From Octopus sinensis (Eukaryota), in NCBI RefSeq assembly GCF_006345805.1, contig NC_043005.1, positions 16,058,001 to 16,122,000 on the forward strand: a DNA stretch of 64,000 nucleotides, given 5' to 3'. The position numbers and the translations under genes are program-made. Each line of letters starts with the position of its first letter. The stretch's first letter is position 1. Positions 13,097 to 27,864 of this stretch are shown piece after piece. The notes beneath the pieces are model-generated. The model was not told the origin of the DNA. It searched no databases and saw only the letters and a list, made by a program, of their open reading frames with translations.

Positions 13097-14010
13097 AATA
13101 AATTATTCTATTGTTGTGATATCTTTAATAATATTACTTTTAACTTGAGTACCATATGGGACTATCAACCATATTATTTTATTATTATTATTATTATTAT
13201 TATTTATGTTTATATTATTAATCCCCTTATCTATATTTACACAAGTCTTGTTATTATCTTCTATATTATTTAAAGCATTGTCTCCATTATGATTTTCTTT
13301 TAATTTTAAATCCTTCCCCATTAAACTCAACCTATACTTATACTTTATACCATTTATATTTTTCCTGTTTTTTATCATCTTGAATTCCATAACATTACGG
13401 TGTGTTATCCTATTATGACTATTATACATATTATTTTTCTTGTTCTTTTTATTATTATATACATTTCTATTCTCGTCTACATTTACATTTATGTTACTCC
13501 CTATATTAACACTATTTAGGTTATTTTCGTTTTTATGTTTTATATAATTATTCCCATTCATATTCTTATTATAGAATTTAATTTCTTCCTTAATGCTTCA
13601 TTATAGTAGTCAGCATGTCTTAGGAAGCTCTCATAATTCAAAGAGAGCATTGATATCCTTTTCCCTATGTTATCTATTAGCGTTTTTTTTACCGATGGGG
13701 GTGATTACTATCTGCATTTATGTATTTTAGGTTTTCATTAAGTTTATGGAAAGGCTGTGTTAACCCTGTAGTGATGTTCAAATTTGCATCTAAAAAGTTT
13801 ACGTTATAATGTTCGTTATATATAGTAATTTCTAACCCGTAATTTTCAAGAGTTCTATTTGTACATTTTTTTGTTATTAAAAGTAAATCAGCCCTATATA
13901 AGCCACCTTCAATATTTAAAATTTCTAATTTTAATTCAGAAAGCAGGTATATCCCAACTAAGTTAGTTACCTGTGCTGAATCTGGCGTTCCTATAGGTAC
14001 ATCAAAATAC

Positions 14011-16000
14011 TTGCACTGTGTATACTCGCCCAAGGCAAGTGTCAAACTTAATGCCAGGGTATCCACGAACATTTTGACCTGCTTTCCTTGGGGTTCATTT
14101 TTTCTCCATTCCAAGTGTAGTACGATGGAATCTGTGGATACAGCAAGGTTTGAGCGAATGTATCCACTTGATAAAGCTTGAAAGAGTCAGGGATCGAGCT
14201 ATCCCTTGGTTCCTCTTCCAACAGAAAAGCATTAGCATCAGCGAAGTACACCATTGACCGTTTTCCAGGTGCACTACAAGCTGTTGAATGGTGGGGTGTC
14301 GTTGGTGAAGTGGAAAGCCAAAGATGCGCCAGAAAGCCTCGTTGCTTCTTATGTACCGTCCCACCTGATAGTGCATCACCTCATCCTGGCAGTATTCTTG
14401 TTGAAGCCCAAACATTGCAGCGTCAGAACCCTTTTTCACATACTTACCAACGTACTTTATGGCCTTAACGGAATTGCAAAACTCAACGTTGATGTGGGCT
14501 CGGAAAGTCTTTGACAGGATTGGGCAATAGGGAACAATCCATCTATTATCAACCTCATGCTATCTGATAGTTACTGGGAAACCGCCATATTCTGTTTTTC
14601 TCCGTCTGTACGATGGATACCCATCAGCACTTGTCTGAGTTCCTTGTAGGAACCTCCTTGGTAACCTTTTCGAACATACGCTGTCTTTCAAGCATGGTGA
14701 GTTTATGTTGAATCCACGCCCACATGGACCATGCATCATGTTTGCCTTAACTATTTCGTATAGTACTTTATGTGAAACTGGATCAGGAAGCTCTGCAGAG
14801 ACTATCTTGTCAATGTCAGTGGATTTGATCTTCGTTGACAGCCAAAGCAGGATATGAGCATGTGGAGGGCCCCTTTTTTGCCATTCGGTTGTGTACATGT
14901 CACATTGAAGACCTGCCCATTTTATGAGCTCCATGAGAGTGATTAACTTCAGATGGAAAACTCGGGCGAGGAGGTCATGCCTGTCTTTAGCTTTTGACCG
15001 AAGAAGAGTTCGGCCTGAATCTCTTTCCACTTGGGATTGCATGTGAAAGTTATGAACAGATCAGGCCTGCTGTAATGGCGGACAAAGCTCATTGCATCCT
15101 GTGTTCTTTCATGCATGTATTGGGGACTTCCAGTGAACGTGGAGGGCAAGATGCAAACTCTTCCTATGCTTGTTGGAGCAACATCATTGTTGACGATATC
15201 TCGGAGATGGATGTAGCTGTCAGAGCGCAATTTTTTTATGTGACCTGATGAATCACAATATCTCTGATTCCAATTTTGCGCACATATCGACTGCAAATCG
15301 ATGTAACAGCTCTCGAGACTGATGGAGGTGATTACAGCAGTTGTTTCGGGCCATAAATCAGTATGAGAAGTCCATGCAGGATACTGGCTTGTTGAGATGT
15401 TCATTACGATTTTAGGGATCTTGCTGTGGTATGCCAATGTGGTAGTCGTCCTCACCGTTTACAATCAGAAGTGGATATTGAAGCGTATCGTAGGATCGGT
15501 ACGTTTCTCTAATTCGATGGAGGATGGTGTCACGTCGCCTAAGGACAATGTCTCCGGGATTGTGCTGTTCACCGTGAAGGATTACAGCTATTTCATTGCA
15601 TGTGGGTGCATTGTAACAGCCTGCATGTTCCCTAGATGTTCTTTTCTGAGCATTAACGACAACATTAAAATTTGATGGATCTTCTGTTTCCAAGGCATGC
15701 TTGAAGCTATGTACGTAGCTGCTTTTCTGGTGCAAAAGGATTTGAAGTTGCATTATTAGGTGAAAGTTAGTGCCAGTGGAAATGGAGTTGCGTCGGGTGG
15801 CTTGTTCATGTAAATTGCCTACAAAGTACAGTTGAAAGATCTGAAGATCTTGATTTTCAGCAGGCTCAAGCGATCCTACACTATGGTAAATCTGTCCCTG
15901 GAAGCAGAATGATCCTGGGATTGAAGATCTGCTCTTCATTTGGTTCTTGAACATCCAACATTGTGATCTGATTTAAAAGCATTTAGGTTGCTATTTCTAG
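14011..16000 (-). mobile_element. Helitron Rep (HUH replication initiator) relic, no helicase
   Basis: GQIYHSVGSL; YDTLQYPLL; HERTQDAM...RPDLFITFTCNPKW; EWQKRGPPHAHILLW; HGPCG..NSPC; GYPSYRRR; NRWIVPY..HINVE..AIKYVGKYVKKGSD (catalytic Tyr pair); LGRVYTV. Several frameshifts. Confidence 0.92.
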
Positions 16001-16799
16001 CAGATAAAGCTTGGCTAATTCACGTCATCTTGGTTGGCGTTTGTCAGATGACGTCAGAGATCTCGGGGGAGATAAATGACATTCGCTTCCTTAATTTTAC
16101 GTCGAGATAAGAACTTTTGGACAAATTGGCTAACAGTTGGAATTTAACTAGGGACTGGAACGATTGCATTACAGAATTAATTCTCATCCGTCTTAATCTC
16201 TGATCAAACACCACCGGGGCATATAGTCATTATAGACGTATTATATTCATGCAATTATAGTCCCTTTAGTTTGGGGCCGTTGGCCCAATTAACCCGCCGC
16301 AGGAGCTAGATTAAAAGTCCGCGGCTTTAAAGGTAGTATAGTATAAAACAAAGCTGACAGACCTCACATCGGAAGCACTACTCAGGAAATTACTTCACTG
16401 AGAAGCATCTGGAGATATGTTATAACTAGAATATCTCGGTTATGCATTTACTTACACTTTCAACCAATTTGCTACTCCACTAATCTATCGAACAACGTGA
16501 TAATTGCAAGACAAGAGGAGATTCTCTAAGTAGCCACTCGACCTGTTACAAATAACAGCCAATTCACTCTCAAATCATAAATTGCCTTCTAAAATAAGAA
16601 AAACTACCTTGTACACTGCAAGTTGGTCACAGTTAGTGACCTAATCGGTTAGTGTTGACTTAAGGCGAAACAATAAAAGCAGTAACAACAACACTCAGAA
16701 AATAAAAATTCCATATGCAGAAGGACATAGATTTTCGAGGAGGAAGGAATCCATAAAATCGATCTTAGTTGTAAAATAGTTGTCAAAGTTGATCTAGTT

Positions 16800-16982
16800 C
16801 AGTGCTCCGCAATCTGTATGCCGCGGCACACTGGCGTATCACGAGGCGACACTAGGTGTATTGCAGTGTAACGTGGATATAATTTTTTCCCTATACTTCT
16901 ACTCATATTTTTAGTCCAGGTGGGTCGCCGAATTTTGGAAAGGATATGTGCGCCGCAAATGATAAAAGGCTGCGGAGCACTG
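16800..16982. mobile_element. hAT-type MITE
   Basis: TIRs CAGTGCTCCGCA / TGCGGAGCACTG; degenerate 8-bp TSD (atctagtt/gtcaaggt). Confidence 0.7.
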
Positions 16983-17319
16983 GTCAAGGTGGAATTGAAC
17001 ACAGTATGTAAAAGAGCTTAACAAACTATAACGAAATCTTTTACTGATTCTCTTAATTTTTTTTCAAATTTAAAATAATTTTTTTTTCAAAATTAAAATT
17101 TTTTTTTGTCAAAACTAAAATAATGAAAGGTTAAAAACAGGAAACCAAAGACTTAGCGAAAAAATTTCTAGAATGCCCTCCATGCTGTCTTTACACTCGA
17201 TATTTCAGCTGAAATATCAAATATTTCAATGTATAAATAAATTCTTATTTTACTCCACTTGAAATTAATCACATATTAATTAGAACACGATTTTCACACA
17301 CATATCATTATCATACCTC

Positions 17320-17366
<47 letters not shown>

Positions 17367-17895
17367 AGGAAAAAAAGAGGAAGAGAGAAAAAGAGAGCGA
17401 TAAGGCATTCTAAGACTTCACCAGCCAAATACTAATGTTACTGCTTCGTTTCATTTCATGTCACTCTCTGTGATATAGTCCAAATTTGAACATTATTATT
17501 CTTTGCACTCTCGCATCGCCCAAAACTCAATCTTGGTTTTCACTTGTCTCCCATTTCCGGCAAATAAATTCTGCTATTTTTCTCCAGGCCTTCTTCAATT
17601 GCAGTTTGGAATTAAAACGGGGTAAATTTTTCCGCAGGGATATAAAGACTTTACAAGATTTATAAACCGTCTTATATGTCAAAATTTAAATATATATTCT
17701 CCCATACCATAATTCGTTGAGTACTTTTGCAATTTTCTATATATAAGTTACAGTGCATTTCCCTTTTCTTTTTTCCATCGGCGAGAGGTGTAAAGATTGC
17801 AATGTATCTCGTTACTCGATAGAAACAATTGCTCTCAATATTGTTAAAAAATATTCTACTTACAGTTACTGTGGTGCAATTTGCAAGAGTTATTA

Positions 17896-18459
17896 TTGGG
17901 TTGTCCGGAAAGTTCGTGCCGATTTATAGTAGCTTACATTTCGACTTATTTTAGGACATGGTTGAGTCCATAAAATAGAATTTGACTACACCTCCATTTA
18001 GAGCACAGTTTAAGCTATCTTTTCGTGGAAGAAGGTTTATGTTCCTATAACCTGTGTTAATTCTGTAACCCTTTAAAATGGAAGATAAGAAAGTTCATTT
18101 TCGGCACTTGATGCTTTGGGAACCAGACAAAAATTGCTGCAGCTCGGCTTGGATGTGTTACCCCACCCTCCATATTCACCAGATATTGCTCCTTCGGATT
18201 TCCACTTATTCAGGTCTCTGCAGAATAGTCTTAATGGTAAAAATTTCAATTCCTTGGATGACGTAAAAAGATACCTTGATGAATTATCTGCCATGACCAC
18301 CTCAATTCTGGAAAGAGGGTATTTTCAAGTTAAAGGAAAGATGGAGACGCATTGTGCAACAAAATGGTTCATATTTGGTTGATTAAAAATGTAATTGCAA
18401 GTATTTATTGAGCTTTTTCTTTCCTTTAAAAGTCGGCACGAACTTTCCGGACAACACAA
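17896..18459 (+). mobile_element. Mariner internal-deletion derivative
   Basis: TIRs TTGGGTTGTCCGGAAAGTTCGTGCCGA, TA TSD; N-terminal MEDKKVHFRHLML joined to C-terminal HPPYSPDIAPSDFHLFRSL. Confidence 0.92.
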
Positions 18460-18479
18460 TACATATAACTGCTGTCTAA

Positions 18480-19730
18480 GTACAGTTCTTTAGGACATTC
18501 TACTTTGTATACTGATTTTGTAAGTTCACTTATACACTGCAACAGAAACTTCATAGATATTTAGAAATATGTCATCAGAATTCTTGATCATTCCCCAGAT
18601 TTTAATGCAATCTTTACTGCTAGTTAGGGCGGCTCAAAATACAACTGGACGAGTGATGCATACAATTACAGAATTAAATCAAGACTGTTGTCTAAGATAG
18701 TTCTCTCTGTAATTTTGACTTCCAACAAATATCTTGAATCATGTCATTTTATATGCCGTACTTCAACCCACCAAATAATCTCGCATCGCTTATATCACAA
18801 ATCTTGTAACTAATTACTTTATTCGTATATATACTACTAGCAGTATCGCCCGGCATTGCTCGGGTTTGTAAGGGAAATAACTATATAAGCATTTTTAGAG
18901 AGTTATAGCCAAAAAATAGCAAAAAAATGCATTAAAAATGGAAAAAAAATTATGGTAAATTTTTTTAAATCGTCAACTCATCGTAGACATTTTTAGAGAG
19001 TTACTTCCCTTATATAATAGCGAAAAATGCATTAAAATGGAAAAAATGATGGTAAATATTTTTTTTAAAATCGTAGACTCATCGTAGACGCGCGCTAATA
19101 CCCAGAAGGGCTCGATATGAATCACGACTATAAGATAACCGGTTCTGGTTAAACTACACCGCAAAATGTGGGAGTAGTTAAGAATCTAAATCGTAGGAGA
19201 CAGACACACAACTTCACTTTTATATATAAAGATGTAAGTTTTCACGTTTAAGAATTTGTTTTTCTGGCCAGGTTTAATACTGCATAAACTCTATGACAAC
19301 TTTTCCTTTGATGGTAACTCTGTACTTTCTCATTGAGCAGGTTAACTTTATCTTAAAACTTTACCAATTTCTCTCTTACAATTTCTTCCATGAACTTGTA
19401 AATACGTGAAGATATAGAGAAAATCTTGGAAGTTTGGACACCCTCTTCTGCTTTTTTTTTTCTGTAAATATGGTTTACTGCAGCTTATTTAAATCCTTTG
19501 AAACTTAAGGAAACTTTTGGAATATTGTTTACAAATGGTACAACTAGGTTCTTATATGAGTCTGGAAGAATTGACAGGAAGCAACATGGATATCTTGCGC
19601 GAATTCAAATTTATTTTATCTGTGGCAGATATTACATCTGTTTCTACAATAACAATAGTTTTGATAGTTGTTGCTTCACTGAATGAATCTACAGAATTGG
19701 AAAGTTTAAGTGCGTCAGACAGGTACACAC
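18480..19730 (-). mobile_element. CR1/L2-like LINE RT relic, interrupted by a Helitron
   Basis: My degenerate translation gives AAVNHIYRKK..FSISSRIYKFMEEIVREKL..NLLN..Q....KSC and a downstream RP..../SVYK region; many stops. Confidence 0.55.
18837..19232 (-). mobile_element. Non-autonomous Helitron, copy 1
   Basis: 5'-TC, 3' hairpin CCCGAGCAATGCCGGG then CTAG, inserted at A|T; internal ~100-bp duplication. Confidence 0.88.
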
Positions 19731-20269
19731 AAAATTTGTAGTGGAAGGAAAATACATCTTAAATGTTTGCTTTAGTATTACCCATACCTTGTGAAGCCAG
19801 CAGCAAGCCATACGAGTAAGGCATCAAGCTGACTAGCTGATGTTATCTATTTATGTATCTGTTAAAACAAAATACTCAACGGTTAATTTTCTACAATATT
19901 TTCTTTTACATATAACTAAATCAAAATAACAGCTTTTATTACGATCACACCATTTGAAATAACTCCAACCCCCTTTCTTTCATGTGTGTGTGTGTACGTG
20001 TACCTGGGTATGTTAGTATGTGTGTGTGGTTGTGTGTGTATATAGGTTGTTTGTATTATAAGAATTTTTCGTTTGTTTAAAAACGGTGATATGAAATAAA
20101 TCGTTTTAACGGCGGAACTCGAAGTAAATATACTTATAAAGAAAAGCATGTAGAATATTAGGTTTAAAAAATCCACCAGCAGTCTTGCACTTTGTGTTCC
20201 AGGTTTTTCTTTCTAAACCCAGTATTCTAATGCTATTGTTTATTGCTTTATCCACTTCGACTATCAAAG

Positions 20270-20380
20270 TTTAAACGATATATACATACCACACACACAC
20301 ATACACACACACACAATACATATATATATACACATATATATATATATGTGTGTGTGAGTGTGTGTGTGTATCATACACAC

Positions 20381-20418
<38 letters not shown>

Positions 20419-20533
20419 TATATATATATATATATATATATACTCTCAGACAGGGGACTGTCCTTCAGGTAATGACGAAAAAGGTTCATTTTCGTTTGTG
20501 ACTCGATATACCTATATTTTATCTATCTATCTA

Positions 20534-20596
<63 letters not shown>

Positions 20597-20630
20597 ATGT
20601 CTATCTATCTATCTATCTATCTATCTATCA

Positions 20631-20701
<71 letters not shown>

Positions 20702-20780
20702 GTCTGTGTGTATGTATATGCATGTGTGCATATATATATGTGTATGTATACATACATGTTTATATGTATGCATACACATA
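20270..20780. repeat. (CA)/(AT)/(TATC)n microsatellite block
   Basis: Direct reading. Confidence 0.9.
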
Positions 20781-21969
20781 CATAAACCTCCGTTCTTGCA
20801 GACTCTTCTATGTGTAAAATCTGTCCGCTGTAGGTCAAGTTAGGCCACACTGATATCAAAAAGAATGAAACATGTGTCCACAGTTGTCCTTTGGTTGAAA
20901 ACAAAGATCAAACCGTCATTTCCTTAAGCATTTAAATTAACTTTAAGAAATTCTTATGATTCATCAGTTTCATTTGGCAAGTTATCAAAATTGTAACAGA
21001 GACCACTTGTAAAAATATAGGGTAACTCCCGGTGTGGAGACAGAGGGAGAAAATAATGTATGATAGTAAGGATTGAACAGAAAAAATGGGTAAGGATTTA
21101 GATTCAAATCATATGAAATTCGAACATTGGCAATTAAAAAATGAGTGTTGAGAATAAGGGTTTCAAATCCCAATCCAGTTTTTAGCTGGAGTTTATTATT
21201 ATGCTATATAAATATTTTTGAGATGATTGGATGTTTAAAATGAATAACATACAGTACAAAAAAAAAATTAAACCATATATCAGTTAACAAAGAACGTAAA
21301 CCAACTAAGTGTTGTGATTCTGCCTGAAACTATTCTGATAGATTTATATTGTTATTCAATTATCTAATAAACAGACAGCGAAAATTCTAAATAAAGTTTG
21401 TGATATTCAATGTTTTAAGTATACAAATCGAAATACAGAGAATTACTTATATGTCCCTTCATTAACATAACATAAAGACCTCTGATGGCTTACTTTTAAA
21501 TTCATATCCGATTCGTAACGATATTTCATTATTCCTATTATATAATGTAATGTATTATTCTCTAATCTTAAACTTATTCAGGCACATATATACATTCTTA
21601 TCTATTACACCTTTGAATAGGACTTCGAAACTTAAATTTAATATTGGTAATTCTTTTTAGTCGATTGGTAATTCTTTTTAGTCGATGGTAATTCAAAGTG
21701 AAATGTAATGCATTATCTTAACATCCACCGCATTTATATTAATATAATGTGACAGTTTGGAATCGACATAATTTATAAATGAATTTAACTTAATCAAATC
21801 CTCGCCTTACCACGCTTTGTATGTTAATCCAAGCTGAAAATTTGCAACAGAGAGCCGAACGCATATTATACATCCGTTTCATAAAATGAAAGTATCCCGA
21901 AGATATCTGTCATCCTGATTTAAAATTGTTTTGTACTGCATTTTTTAAATATCTTATTATATATATGTA

Positions 21970-22039
<70 letters not shown>

Positions 22040-22042
22040 GAG

Positions 22043-22435
22043 TGGAGTGGCTGTGTGGTAAGTAGCTTGTTTACCAACCAAATGGTTCCGGGTTCAGTCC
22101 CACTGCGTGGCACCTTGGTCAAGTGTCTTCTAATATAGCCTCGGGCCGACCAAAGCCTTGTGAGTGGATTTGGTAGACGGAAACTGAAAGAAGCCCGTCG
22201 TATATATGCATATGTATGCGTGTGTGTGTGTTTGTGTGTCTGTGTTTGTCCCCTTAGCATTGCTTGACAACCGATGCTTGTGTGTTTATGTCCCCGTTAC
22301 CTAGCGGTTCGGCAAAAGAGAACGATAGAATAAGTACTGGGCTTACGAAAGAATAAGTCCCGGGGTCGAGTTGCTCGATTAAAGGCGGTGCTTCTGCATG
22401 GCCGCAGTCAAATGACTGAAACAAGTAAAAGAGTA
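22043..22435 (+). mobile_element. tRNA-derived SINE family B, full length
   Basis: A-box TGGCTGTGTGG, B-box GGTTCAGTCCC, CORE-like CCTTGGTCAAGTGTCTT, internal (AT/GT)n, tail GGCGGTGCT..CATGGCCGCAGTCAAATGACTGAAACAAGTAAAAG. Confidence 0.88.
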
Positions 22436-22863
22436 TATCTGTATGTGTTAGAGGTTAAGAAACCAACTAAGGGATAGTAACTATCCAATATACTGTTGGT
22501 AGTGTTCCCAATTATTCATAGTCAAGTGTTTGTTATTGTATGGCATTTTCGCAATTGAGTATTAGATATGACCGGGGGTAAAAAGTGATCTACCCGTGAT
22601 TTATACGGCAAATTCATATCCTTCTTTATGCAGTTGCCAGTTTTTACCCACTCGGTAAACTGTATCGCTCATACATGTGTATGGATTCATCCAATACAAT
22701 TGAATAAATAGACATACTTGAATGTTTACTGGCTGGTGTCTGTCGATTTTATATCCTCTCCGTTTTCTTATTTGCCACACACCCACACACACACACACAC
22801 GCGCGCGCGGGGACACACACACACACACGCGCGCGGACACACACACACACACACACACACACA

Positions 22864-22943
<80 letters not shown>

Positions 22944-23342
22944 TATTGAAACCGTATAACACATACTAAAACACTGGGTCAGAATTTAAAAGCATTAACC
23001 CAATTTGTAAGTAGCGATTTTCAAATTTGAACTTCACAGATTTTGATTCTAAACCTTAAATTTCACTAATCAGCACACCTTTACTGATCCAGTTTGAAAC
23101 TGATTTGTTTTCTAACAAAAATAAATTAAACAAGTTAAAAAATTAACAAATAAAACACAGCTACACTGGCCATTGTATAAAGCATTTACAGTGCGACCAT
23201 GTCAGTGACCAGGTGTGTAGCTGTGCAGCTCACCTTCGACGCCTCACAGTGAAGAAGGTCACTTTGCAACCATGGGGTTTCGATTCAGTCCACCGCATCG
23301 CACCCGAAGCAAGTGCCTTCTACCATAGCCTTGACGCTCGGA

Positions 23343-23905
<563 letters not shown>

Positions 23906-23910
23906 ATAAA

Positions 23911-24138
23911 GGCGGCGAGCTAGCAGAATCGTTAGCACGCCGGGCGAAATGCTTAGCAGTATTTCGTCTGCCGCTACGTTGTGAGTTCAAATTCCGCCGA
24001 GGTCAACTTTGCCTTTCATCCTTTCGGGGTCGATAAATAAAGTACCAGTTTCGCACTGGGGGCGATATAATCGACTCAATCCCTTCGTCTGTCCATGTTT
24101 GTCCCCTCTATCTTTAGCCCCTTGTAGGCAGTAAAGAA

Positions 24139-24140
<2 letters not shown>
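23911..24140 (+). mobile_element. SINE family A, monomer
   Basis: Same head, core and tail 1 as 4416-4636. Confidence 0.88.
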
Positions 24141-24169
<29 letters not shown>

Positions 24170-24769
24170 AATATATATATATATATATAACATACATATA
24201 TATATATATGTCTGTGTGTGTGTGGGTGTATGTATATATACACAGACACACATACATACATACATACATACACACATAGACACACACATATGTGCGTTTG
24301 TCCACCTTTTACCTTTAATCACCCTTTACATTCAGAGTTGACGCAGTTTGTAATATGTTGAGCTATCTCGATCCATACCATTTGACTCTTCCTTTTATAA
24401 ATTGTTTTTCCACTATACTTTTTCTTTGGTGTAATAAAAGCAATATTTTTTTTACACGAAGTCGCTTTTATGATTCACTACATTATCATGTATGAATGTT
24501 CTTTTCCATTTATAATTATTTAAATTCTTCATGTAAGGAAGGAGATGGTTTCTAACAAAGACACATCGTTGGAATATAGATCACAGAAAAAAATGTTACA
24601 TTTGAACTTCAGAAGAGTCTTGCAAAATTTTACAGTTCCATTTACGGATTGTATTTGTGATACGTGTCTTTAATGGTTGATTTCTTTTTCTGAAAACGCT
24701 AGCTGTTTTAGATTGTCACGTAAGCATTTTCTAACAACAAAATACAATTACTATTGATATAGATACGAA

Positions 24770-26440
24770 TTCGTAATCTTGGTATGCACAGCTTTATTTA
24801 TCAAAAGTTTTTCGGTACATCCCAATACTTCCAACTTTCCACCTACCTGTTCATTATTCATGGTTAGATTCACAAAGATGTTCGAGGATGAGCTTATAGT
24901 TTTCTATCAACTCAGTGGTTTCATTCTTGGCTTCAAGATTTATTCTTGCAAGCAAATTTCGTGTGCTATTCTAGCCTTCCATGATTCATTTGAATATACC
25001 CATTAATGGCTCTCTCTAGGTCAGCTCCTTGTATTCGTCCATTAGATCTCTTATAAATGCCTTCTAGTTTCTTTAGAGCCGTTTGTGTATTTTTTTCCAC
25101 TTCACTATTGATGTTGGTGCAGTATTCCTTCCTAACTATACTTAGCCATGTTCTAGTTGAAATCTCTATTGTCGTTCCAGATCTTAATTTAAGAGTAATT
25201 TAAGTTCTTCTTAAGAGGGGGGCTTTCTTAACGGTAATGTTTTTCTTCTTCATTTCCCGATATAATCCCTTTGGATTTGAAGCAAACACGATTTTTACTG
25301 ACCAACTCAAAAAGTTTTCTATGATAACGAAGTTTTTCATTCTGTAATAGAATTCGGTCATTAAAATAATTAACTGCCCCCTCAAGTGTTTAGCGTGACG
25401 AATCGCCGTAAATGTTCTCTTTTTTTTGTTTTTTTGCAAAAGATATAATTGGGCGTGTAAAGTCATTATTCTCCTCACATTTAATTATCGTGGTTAACTA
25501 TCCAGTATGGTGATGCAGATTGTTGATGATTCAAGTTTTGTTTTCCAATTGTTCTGCTTCCGTTTAGTCCATGCACTGCATGTTGCTTTTAGGTGTTCTT
25601 TAAGAATATTAGCAGCTGCTTATAAGGAGGTATTAGTTGTCCAGTGATTAGCAACACATGATTTCATATGTTCACCAACAACATCATCAATTACTTTTAA
25701 CATGAGAGCTGTTTCTTTATTCTATAATCTCATTAAGAATGGCCCTATCGCTCAACGATAACTTAGAAAACTAGAAAAAATCATTTACCAGCTGTGATAT
25801 TCCGTTAAGTAACGGTATCCACTCCTGGTTAACATTATTATCAGTATCTCTTATGACAGATTTTGGCCGGTTCACGGTGATTTGGATAAATCAATTAGCA
25901 TCATAGAAATTGATATAACAATTGCTATCTGCGATACCCATTTTTAAAAATAAAGATACTTCTTGCTTAACCCTTTAGTGTTTAAATTGGCCATATCTGG
26001 CCCGGATATTCTACATGTTTTATATTCAAACTGGCCATATTTAGCCTCTCACACCTAACCTACATTGACATTCTAAAAATAAACAATCACGTCATTGAAA
26101 CCTCAAAGCTATAAGATAATGCATGATTAATTCAAAACAATTTGAGAGAAAAAGTATTACATTTAACAGAGTAATCTGAACACTAAAGGGTTAAGCTCCT
26201 TTAAAACTGTTTAAGTTTGCATCAACTTCGCACCAATAGTATTTCAATCGCTTTATACAGCTGATAATAGGGTCATCTCGGGCTTTTTCATAGCACCGAA
26301 GTAAATCTTGGTTTAAATGTAAAGACCAAGTGAAGTAAGAAGAGTACTTATATCGTCGTAAATAACTTACCAGTATTCTAGTACTGGTCGTGTTGTTATC
26401 AGTGCTGTTGTTGTTATCAATATCAGCCATGATTGTAAAA
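24770..26440 (-). mobile_element. R4/Dong-like non-LTR retrotransposon relic (N-terminal region and RT)
   Basis: CYEKARDDP..IKRLKYYW; FASNPKGLYREMKKK; IWNDNRDFN; GGKLEVLGCTEKLLI; many stops. Clade call is from motif recall. Confidence 0.6.
25971..26190. mobile_element. piggyBac-type MITE
   Basis: 12-bp TIR CCCTTTAGTGTT, TTAA on both sides (25967-70, 26191-94); degenerate relative at ~33003-33195. Confidence 0.88.
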
Positions 26441-26483
26441 GCGAAATTCCACGTAGTGTAATGGTATATTCATTCATTTATTC

Positions 26484-26818
26484 ATTTACTTGTTTCAGTC
26501 ATTTGACTGTGGCCATGCTGGAGCACCGCCTTTAGTGGAGGAAATCGACCCCAGGACTTTTTCTTTGTAAGCCTGGTACTTACTTATTCTATCGGTCTCT
26601 TTTTCCGAACCGCTAAGTTACGGGGACGTAAACACTACAGCATAGGTTGTCAAGCGATACATATATACGACGGGCTTCTTTCTGTTTCCGTCTACCAAAT
26701 CCACTCACAAGGCTTTGGTCGGCTCGAGGCTATAGTTAGAAGACACTTGCCCAAGGTGCCATGCAGTGGGACTGAACCCATGTGGTTCGTAAGCAAGCTA
26801 CTTACCACACAGCCACTC
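26484..26818 (-). mobile_element. SINE family B
   Basis: Reverse-complement match to the 22043 copy. Confidence 0.85.
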
Positions 26819-27428
26819 ATACGCCTATTGTAATCCGGTTCTGAATAACGATAAGTTGATAAATAAAACGTGTTTCTCTTATTCATAGCAGAAGAAACAA
26901 AGAACCAAACTGATGTAGGCTGGCAGAGTCGGCATTATTGTAGAAGTAAACGTTCAAGTAAGCATTTATAAACAGTCATCCACACCTACAAGTCTGATGG
27001 TGGCGGCACCGTGTGTATGTATGTACGTATTATGTCTGTTATGTATAATATGCATGTATTTCTGTATACATGTACTTTAAAAATTTTTAATACGTCATTC
27101 TTTATATTATATAACGTGTCTTCTTTACTTCCCCTTTCGTAATTTTTAAACTGTTTTTTTATCTTTTCTTTCTTTGTAAACCCTGATAAAAGTTTCGTAC
27201 TTTTTGTATTTCCTCGAGCCCTAGAGACAAACAGTGAAAAGATCATCATCATCATCATCATCATCATTATTATTATCATTATTATTATTATTGTTATCAT
27301 CATCATCATCATCATTGTTGTCTTTGCACAGCTTCTAACGCTGGAGATGCACTACGGTGTTAGCTGTTCACTACCAGTGAACTAAGGTAACACCCCTTAT
27401 CTTTCGAGCACCATCAGGATTATTATTA

Positions 27429-27478
<50 letters not shown>

Positions 27479-27506
27479 GTTACTTTGATCTTTATTATTG
27501 TTATCG

Positions 27507-27828
27507 TTACCTCCGTCCGTGGACAAGATATCTCAAGAACTGCTGGATGGATTCGGATGAAACTTTCAGGGATGTTTGGCCTCGTGACCGGCACAAACTG
27601 ATTAGATTCTGGGATCGACCAGGTACCAGACAAGGATTCTGGATTATTTTTCGTGTTTTTTTTTTACTTAATTTTTGAGAGCAGTCAGGCTTATTTTTAG
27701 TATTTTCATTTGTGAGAGCAATCAAGTTTATTTCAGATATTCTCATTTTAAAAATCATATTTGGTTAATCGTTGAGAGGATGTTGGTGTTGCCTTGGCGG
27801 AGGTTTGCACTCTATGAGTGCTCTTGTT
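27507..27828 (+). mobile_element. Helentron-associated non-autonomous element (HINE-like)
   Basis: 5' subTIR TTACCTCCG(T)CC, 3' subTIR GGCGGAGGT, then hairpin GCACTC-TAT-GAGTGC and TCTTGTT end, in T-rich context. Confidence 0.7.
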
Positions 27829-27864
27829 ATTATTTTTATTGTAGATTATTTTGTTTAGGTTGTG

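Larger units (their letters stand above)
11560..14010 (-). mobile_element. Penelope-like element (Neptune/Nematis type), 5'-truncated: RT C-half, Asn-rich linker, Cys motif, GIY-YIG
   Basis: FDVPIGTPDSAQVTNLVGIYLL..GGLYRADLL (RT), YINADSNHP (thumb), IIWLIVPYG..VKSN, SCNCMDKNHCKLNGRC, VVYKC..IGST..QRIAQH, KWDIICKAKSY..LCLLC, CKHR. Frameshifts and stops present. The 3' boundary is approximate. Confidence 0.85.

Noticed and set aside
16290-16345. GCCGC..GCGGC hairpin + GTAG as the terminus of the Rep-coding Helitron
   Set aside because: Orientation is opposite to the Rep ORF, and GTAG is not CTRR; unresolved.
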